Shown here piece after piece: positions 16,872 through 22,369 of a stretch of 22,369 nucleotides of DNA. Made by a program: the position numbers and the translations under genes. A model generated the notes under the pieces. The model saw only the letters and a list, made by a program, of their open reading frames with translations, was not told where the DNA came from and made no database searches. The DNA lies in IMG/VR virus record IMGVR_UViG_647533160_000004, positions 1 through 22,369 of that record; one strand, given 5' to 3'. This stretch comes from a virus (Duplodnaviria; Heunggongvirae; Uroviricota; Caudoviricetes). How positions within the stretch are numbered: position 1 is the stretch's first letter; each line of letters begins with the position of its first letter.

Positions 16872-18854
16872 TTGCTCAACAAGTATAATGGAGTTCCCGT
16901 GGATACAGCAGAACATGATGGCAAATTTGCTTGGGCTAGTTTTTATGAGGCTTTTGCCAACGCGTTACTGACTTGGCGAAATCGTAGAGATGAATTAGTC
17001 AAAGGTATTCATCTAATTGCCTCAGGTGTGGAAGGAATGTCCCATCTGCAGGACAAATCTATTATGGGAGAGATCTTTCCCTTAAAAGACATTTGTCCGT
17101 TTACTACTATGGGCTTGTTCAATCGTAACTTGACCGATAGCAATCGCAAAATTATTGCTGCCAAGCTAGCGAATTTGTTGGGCGTGAACGAACCGATTCC
17201 TGACTCCTTTGCCGGAATCCCGCTGTTGAATAACCAAAAATCTTGGTTCTTTGGTTATGAAAAGTCACGCGACCCTAATGACATTGAATGCTTGTGGGAA
17301 ATGTTCTCGCAGGCAATGACCTTTGCGGATAACCAGAATACTAACTCTGCAGACTTCACTGCCGCATATGACATTGCTTCTACAGTAATGAATGTCGGTT
17401 GGAATCTCACCATGGGGTTGTACTGGACCCGTCCTTGGTTCTACCCTACTTTAGATAGCCAGTCGCAGTATTACATTCAGACAGTGTTAAACATTAAGAT
17501 CATTAAAAACGGGGCAAAAGGTCGCTGTAGTGGACAAAGTTACCTGAGTCTTATGCGGGCGCTGAACGAGGTCTTTACCCAACCAAACTATCCGGTTCAT
17601 TCTTTCCCAGAACTTTCTTTATCAGCGTGGAATACAGATCTTAGCCAGTCTAAAGATGAGGTGGCAAATAGAACGTGGAAAGCCTCTTTACTGAATAAAA
17701 TTAAGGCGTTATGCCTGAAAAAAAATGGCCCTTATTTCACTGCTTCGGAGTTGGAAGAAAACTACTTGGACGTATTCAAGGTAGAGCATCCTGAGAGCAA
17801 AACAGTTACAAGCTCAATCTACTTTTATCTACAGAAACTATGCAATGATGATGAGTTAAAGTCCCTTGAGTCCGGAAATTATGAATACCTGAATTTTGAG
17901 AAAAACGAATCCCAGACGATAACTGAGGAAACTGTCGAAGAGAGTGCGCCGTTGCCAAAACTCACTCACGTTCCTTATGACATCAGTCATCTGGTGCAGG
18001 ATGGCTGTTTCTTGGAAGAGGCTAAGATCCAACTCACACTTCAGCGCCTGATCGACAAGAAAAACCTGATATTACAAGGACCACCCGGAACTGGAAAAAC
18101 CTGGTTAGCGCGACGTCTGGCGTACTGCTTGATGGGAGAAAAAGCACCTGAGCGTATTAGCGCGGTGCAATTTCACCCGAACCTCTCTTACGAAGACTTT
18201 ATTCGCGGCTGGCGTCCAGGTAAAGAAGGGCAATTGACGCTAATTGATGGACCTTTTGTAAATGCAATCAAAACTGCAGTCAATAATCCTACCTCGAAAT
18301 ATGTGGTGATAATTGAAGAGATTAATCGTGGCAATCCGGCGCAAATCTTCGGTGAAACACTCACGTTGATGGAAGCAGATAAACGCACGCCGACTGAGGC
18401 ATTATCTCTTTCCTATCCTAAAAATGATGATGAAAAAATATACATTCCTGAGAATCTATATATCATCGGTACGATGAATATTGCAGACCGCTCACTCGCA
18501 CTACTTGACCTAGCGCTGCGCCGTCGTTTCGCGTTTATCGATCTAAAGCCAGCTTTTAATGACGCGTGGAGAAACTGGGTAAATTATAATTACGCAATTG
18601 ATTTTGACATGTTAGCATTCATCAAATCTCGACTGACGGTACTTAACGATATGCTGGCAAAAGATGTTACCTTAGGACCACAGTTTTGTATCGGTCACAG
18701 CTATGTCACCCCAGCTATCGGCCAAAAAATCAACGATGCCCAGGCTTGGTATGAACAAGTCGTTGATACAGAGATCTGCCCTTTGCTCGCCGAATATTGG
18801 TTCGATGCTCCAAATAAAGTCGATGAAGCCAGAAAAGTGTTATTAGCAAAATGA
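16872..18854 (+). CDS. McrB-like AAA+ GTPase with a long (~390 aa) unassigned N-terminal region (660 aa; alternative GTG start at 16899)
   Basis: C-terminal module has Walker A LQGPPGTGKTW, Walker B VVIIEEINRG and the McrB-type motif IGTMNIADRS. The N-terminal ~390 aa show no motif I can assign. GGAG lies 5 nt upstream of the GTG at 16899. Confidence 0.85.
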   Translation: MLNKYNGVPVDTAEHDGKFAWASFYEAFANALLTWRNRRDELVKGIHLIASGVEGMSHLQDKSIMGEIFPLKDICPFTTMGLFNRNLTDSNRKIIAAKLANLLGVNEPIPDSFAGIPLLNNQKSWFFGYEKSRDPNDIECLWEMFSQAMTFADNQNTNSADFTAAYDIASTVMNVGWNLTMGLYWTRPWFYPTLDSQSQYYIQTVLNIKIIKNGAKGRCSGQSYLSLMRALNEVFTQPNYPVHSFPELSLSAWNTDLSQSKDEVANRTWKASLLNKIKALCLKKNGPYFTASELEENYLDVFKVEHPESKTVTSSIYFYLQKLCNDDELKSLESGNYEYLNFEKNESQTITEETVEESAPLPKLTHVPYDISHLVQDGCFLEEAKIQLTLQRLIDKKNLILQGPPGTGKTWLARRLAYCLMGEKAPERISAVQFHPNLSYEDFIRGWRPGKEGQLTLIDGPFVNAIKTAVNNPTSKYVVIIEEINRGNPAQIFGETLTLMEADKRTPTEALSLSYPKNDDEKIYIPENLYIIGTMNIADRSLALLDLALRRRFAFIDLKPAFNDAWRNWVNYNYAIDFDMLAFIKSRLTVLNDMLAKDVTLGPQFCIGHSYVTPAIGQKINDAQAWYEQVVDTEICPLLAEYWFDAPNKVDEARKVLLAK

Positions 18855-19972
18855 CGACAATAACCGGGAGTGAGCAACATACAGCATCACGTATTCCCAT
18901 GCGAAATATCTGGATGCTGATGCTGTACGCTTCAGATCTGTTTCGTCAGTTAGGGCGCAATCAGATCGCAGTAGAAGATAACCCAGCAGAAATCCCCGAC
19001 CTGGTGGCGACAATCCTCCTTCATGAGATTACGCTGCGCCGACGTCGCAATTTAAATATGGGATACCAAACTTGTCATGCGGCCCTGAACCGGGTGAGAG
19101 GGCGCATTGACATACTGTATACTGCCAGTCATCAACTACTGGAACGGGGACAGGTTGCCTGCCATTTTCAAGACATAACCCTCAACACCCCCCGAAATCG
19201 CTATGTTCGCTGTGCGTTAGAACGTCTGGCCTCAATCATAGTGAAACCGTCTTTGGCGGCAGATTGCCATTTTATGGCAATATCACTTCGCCGTGAGGGG
19301 ATAAATGGAGGATATCCTGCCCCCCACGAATTACCCTCAGTGTGGCGTTTTGGACGCCATGATGCCGCAGATAAACCGATGGTCGATGCCGCACGATTAG
19401 CTTTTGAACTGCTGATGCCGACCGAAGATCAAGGCCAATATCTTTTACCTGCGCCCTCAAATAACCTTTACTGGATGAGAAGACTATTTGAAAAAGGTAT
19501 CGCTGGCTTATATCGTGTACACCTTGCCAAAACAACTTGGCAGGTCTCTGCAGGGAAAGAGCTGAAATGGGCGTTGAGCGATCAAAGTGCAGGTAGTGCA
19601 GAGATTTTCCCGACAATGAAGTCAGACATTATTCTGGAACACAAGACTGCCCAGCGGCGTATTATTATCGATACCAAATTTAATTCGATTCTGACAAAGG
19701 GTTGGCATCGGGAGCAATCACTACGTAATGGCTATATTTATCAGCTATATACCTACCTTAGAACACAGGAGAACAAGACGGATCCGCTTTCGCTCAATGC
19801 CGCTGGTCTTCTACTTCATCCAGCTGTTGGCTATATGCTTAATGAGTATGTTGTCACTCAGGGACATAAGATCCATTTTGCTACAGTAGATATGACGGTA
19901 GATGCTAAAGCAATTAAAAAACAATTGCTGGCAATAGCCCATGATTGTGCAGGAGTCGCGGTTGATGACTAA
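18851..19972 (+). CDS. McrC-like endonuclease subunit (PD-(D/E)xK), 373 aa
   Basis: Start overlaps the McrB-like stop (ATGA, 18851..18854). C-terminal ...KSDIILEHK...RRIIIDTKF... fits a PD-(D/E)xK nuclease core; size and pairing are as in McrBC systems. Confidence 0.8.
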   Translation: MTTITGSEQHTASRIPMRNIWMLMLYASDLFRQLGRNQIAVEDNPAEIPDLVATILLHEITLRRRRNLNMGYQTCHAALNRVRGRIDILYTASHQLLERGQVACHFQDITLNTPRNRYVRCALERLASIIVKPSLAADCHFMAISLRREGINGGYPAPHELPSVWRFGRHDAADKPMVDAARLAFELLMPTEDQGQYLLPAPSNNLYWMRRLFEKGIAGLYRVHLAKTTWQVSAGKELKWALSDQSAGSAEIFPTMKSDIILEHKTAQRRIIIDTKFNSILTKGWHREQSLRNGYIYQLYTYLRTQENKTDPLSLNAAGLLLHPAVGYMLNEYVVTQGHKIHFATVDMTVDAKAIKKQLLAIAHDCAGVAVDD

Positions 19973-20451
19973 CCATCCTATAAGGCACTGGCTGTAATAT
20001 AATCAATAGTTTCAATTAAGTAGCTGTTATCCGTGCTTAGTCATCATATGACGCACCACGGTCTAATTTTCCTGCTCATACATTGATATATCCTTGTCAA
20101 GTCCGAAAAGTCGCAGTCCACTATTAGGTATACCGATTGCCAGCACCAAAAGCTTCTTTGTGATTATTATATCGGGGAATGCCTATTTTTTAGTGACAAT
20201 ATCAGATAGCAATTAATAAGCGGTGCCGGTAATGGATGTTATGTTTAATGTATAGACACAGCCATCATAAACTAAACGTCTGTTGTTCGCTCATAACCGA
20301 CATTTATCTCAGTTATGGAAGATAATTATGTATGCAGATAATGGGGCAGACAGTCGTGGAGTAAACAAGGTTTTGCACTGCTTGGCGGCATCGTTATCTT
20401 ATTTTTAATTATGTGCCTCTTAACATAAGTTGGGACAAAACAGAGACACAT

Positions 20452-20482
20452 AAGGTCTCACAAAGGTCTGCAAGGCCTCACA
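20452..20482. repeat. Three tandem about 10-bp direct repeats (AAGGTCTCACA / AAGGTCTGCA / AAGGCCTCACA), candidate integrase arm-type sites
   Basis: Contiguous direct repeats in the AT-rich non-coding stretch about 200 bp inside the prophage from the icd-fragment junction. Confidence 0.3.
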
Positions 20483-20674
20483 TGTATTGAGATGTTAATA
20501 AAATGTAGACTTGTAATTTGGATATAAATGGTAGAGAAAACCTTTCCCCAAAATAAAAACGAACGTCAATGAAATCAAACGGTTGAATAAAGTTGATTTT
20601 GGCTAATAAAAAAACAATAAAATAATTTTTATCATTAAATATCAATGACTTGAACTTAATGTTTTTATATACTG

Positions 20675-20836
20675 TTACGCCATATGGGCTGGACTGAAGC
20701 CGCAGACTTGATTGTTAAAGGTATGGAAGGCGCAATCAATGCGAAGACCGTAACCTATGACTTCGAACGTCTGATGGAAGGTGCTAAACTGCTGAAATGC
20801 AGCGAGTTTGGTGATGCGATCATCAAGAACATGTAA
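20675..20836 (+). pseudogene. icdC: Displaced 3' fragment of isocitrate dehydrogenase gene (icd', last about 53 codons), marking the right prophage junction
   Basis: In-frame translation ...[53 protein letters not shown](stop) matches the Icd C-terminus as I recall it. No start codon; the frame has a stop just upstream at 20657..20659. Confidence 0.85.
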
Positions 20837-20859
20837 TCTCTACATGTGTTAAATATTGA

Positions 20860-20891
20860 AACGGGCGTATAACACGCCCGTTGTTTTATTT
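20860..20891 (+). terminator. Rho-independent terminator following the icd fragment
   Basis: AACGGGCGT-ataac-ACGCCCGTT hairpin (9-bp stem) followed by GTTTTATTT, 24 nt after the icd stop codon. Confidence 0.8.
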
Positions 20892-20938
20892 ATGTGGATA
20901 TTATTAATAGCATGTCGAGCATATTTATATGAAGCCCA

Positions 20939-21262
20939 TTACTTGAGTCCATATAGGCATATTTTTATAATGCAACTATTATGCAAACATTTATTTGTTA
21001 TTTCGCTTTCTCCTGGAGGACACTCTTGACTGCTTTTGAGTAAAATCCATAAATCCTTGTTGAATGGTGTGATGTTATAAATAGTAATAGGGTATTCTTT
21101 ATCCTTAAGGATAATACCAGACTTAACCGGTGTAAATATACTTCCAGGAGGGAGAAATATAGTAGATTGATACCAGATGATCATTTTCATATCACCCCAT
21201 ATGGCTGAAAAAGATATGCCGCATGTAGGTTGAATTACCGTGTCAATTACTATCCACTTCAT
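20939..21262 (-). CDS. iraM: Anti-adaptor protein IraM (RpoS stabiliser), 107 aa
   Basis: Translation [43 protein letters not shown]... matches IraM in length and, as I recall it, in sequence; AT-rich gene with a long AT-rich upstream region. Confidence 0.8.
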   Translation of the reverse strand: MKWIVIDTVIQPTCGISFSAIWGDMKMIIWYQSTIFLPPGSIFTPVKSGIILKDKEYPITIYNITPFNKDLWILLKSSQECPPGESEITNKCLHNSCIIKICLYGLK

Positions 21263-21726
21263 TTGTTATGTCTTATCCCACGGTGTTTAATATAGTTCAT
21301 TTGGATGTTCATTTCTTGATTTTGCATATGTGTATATTACTCCCCAAAAAATAAATTAATTAAAAATTAATGTCATTACCTATATAAAACAAAATTTAAA
21401 GCAAGGAATCTCAATAGAGATTAAACAAAATGAGATTTAGTGAAAGCATTAAATTATTCACTTCGTTTTAGATTTGTTTAGCTAAAATGTTATACATTCA
21501 AATGACTGAACATTCTGTAATTAAAACATAGCCTTTATGCTATTTTGTGCCAATTTGCAAAACATTATGGTTGGCCTTTTAATATAACGATAATGATGAA
21601 TATAAGCATGACCTGAGAATAAGGTTTCAATTTTTGAGTTATATAGGAATGGTTAAACCTGTTCCTGACTAAAATATATATAATCAGATGATGACTAAAC
21701 CAAAACACATGTGCGTTAAGTATTGA

Positions 21727-21757
21727 AACGGGCGTATGGCACGCCCGTTGGTTTTAT
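21727..21757. terminator. Second copy of the icd-terminator-like hairpin (AACGGGCGT-atggc-ACGCCCGTT + GGTTTTAT)
   Basis: Near-duplicate of the hairpin at 20860..20891 including about 20 nt of shared upstream flank (acatgtg..ttaa.tattgaa); lies between iraM and ycgX. Confidence 0.5.
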
Positions 21758-21964
21758 AAATTTGTTAACCGTTATAAAATAACGTATAGAAAGTCAAGTG
21801 ATCACATTTCAAATATCAATTTGATAGTATTGGCCTGGTGATTATTTATGGGTGGCAATAAAAAGATAGTATTTATCATCCATAGGGATAGTCTCTGCAC
21901 TTTTATTTCCATTATGCTAATGTCTTACTGAATTATGAAGCATTTCTTAAGCTTCCAACTCTAG

Positions 21965-22369
21965 CTAGATTAATGGTTTATTGTTTTCTACATCTTCAAT
22001 ATATAAAAGCGTATTATCAATGGCGTAGTAACTGCGTTTGTTATGATTAACATCAGTAACCCACCGGAAAACGCCCGCGCCTGCCAGTGTTGAACAGTAT
22101 TCCCGAAATGTTGATTTTCCGCAAATATGAAGCAATGCGGCCTCTTTTATTTTAGCAGGGTTCTTGGTCGTACTAACTTTTAACAGGTTCCTGGTTCCTC
22201 TTAATAACAAAACCGTGTCATCGTGAGTAATAATTCTGATGTTATCCGTAGCCAGATAATAAATGTAATGTGCAATACGGTGATGTTTTAATTCTGAATA
22301 AAACCAGGAGAAGTTTTGCTCTTTTCTCACTTGCTCAAACATCTTTTGAAAAACAACAACCTGATCCAT
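21965..22369 (-). CDS. ycgX: Hypothetical protein, likely YcgX homolog (134 aa); start codon at the window edge
   Basis: Complete ORF ending the window (ATG at 22367..22369). Its size and position after iraM match my memory of the K-12 gene order; the sequence itself was not compared. Confidence 0.5.
   Translation of the reverse strand: MDQVVVFQKMFEQVRKEQNFSWFYSELKHHRIAHYIYYLATDNIRIITHDDTVLLLRGTRNLLKVSTTKNPAKIKEAALLHICGKSTFREYCSTLAGAGVFRWVTDVNHNKRSYYAIDNTLLYIEDVENNKPLI

Noticed and set aside
18188-19616. Minus-strand ORFs 18188..18388 and 19272..19616
   Set aside because: Antisense within the McrB-like and McrC-like genes, which carry clear family motifs.
19973-20674. Insertion sequence or transposase in the AT-rich gap between the McrC-like gene and the icd fragment
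   Set aside because: No ORF and no terminal inverted repeats were found; the stretch is better explained as the prophage attachment-arm region.
21263-21700. PhoP box upstream of iraM
   Set aside because: A TGTTTA-containing sequence near 21476 was seen, but the spacing to the second half-site does not fit the direct-repeat consensus, so no site is called.

Overview
The window is the right-hand ~20.8 kb of a defective lambdoid prophage integrated at the 3' end of icd (the e14 attachment locus), followed by host genes iraM and ycgX. Identifications are from my own reading of the ORF translations and from remembered protein families; no database search was run. Minus-strand early-left operon: int, xis, small accessory ORFs (TraR-like zinc finger, orf61/orf63/orf60a-like), an apparently complete lambda-type Red module (exo, bet, gam) and a kil-position ORF. 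The immunity region has a cI-like HTH/S24 repressor, a cro-like gene, and operator repeats on both sides. Lambda-type replication genes O (with five ori iterons), P and ren follow. The late region is missing: a NinB-like ORF abuts the 3' part of a side tail fibre gene, then a tfa remnant and a decayed pin invertase. Four AT-rich cargo insertions stand out as candidate defence or conversion loci: (1) a two-gene ASCH + GNAT-like cassette downstream of cI, where lambda carries rexAB; (2) an orphan 472-aa protein with a perfect palindrome at its 5' end, between ren and the NinB-like ORF; (3) an acyltransferase-3 membrane protein; (4) an McrB-like GTPase with a long unassigned N-terminal region plus a McrC-like nuclease, where K-12 e14 carries mcrA. 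I regard (1) and (2) as the best candidates for an undescribed system.
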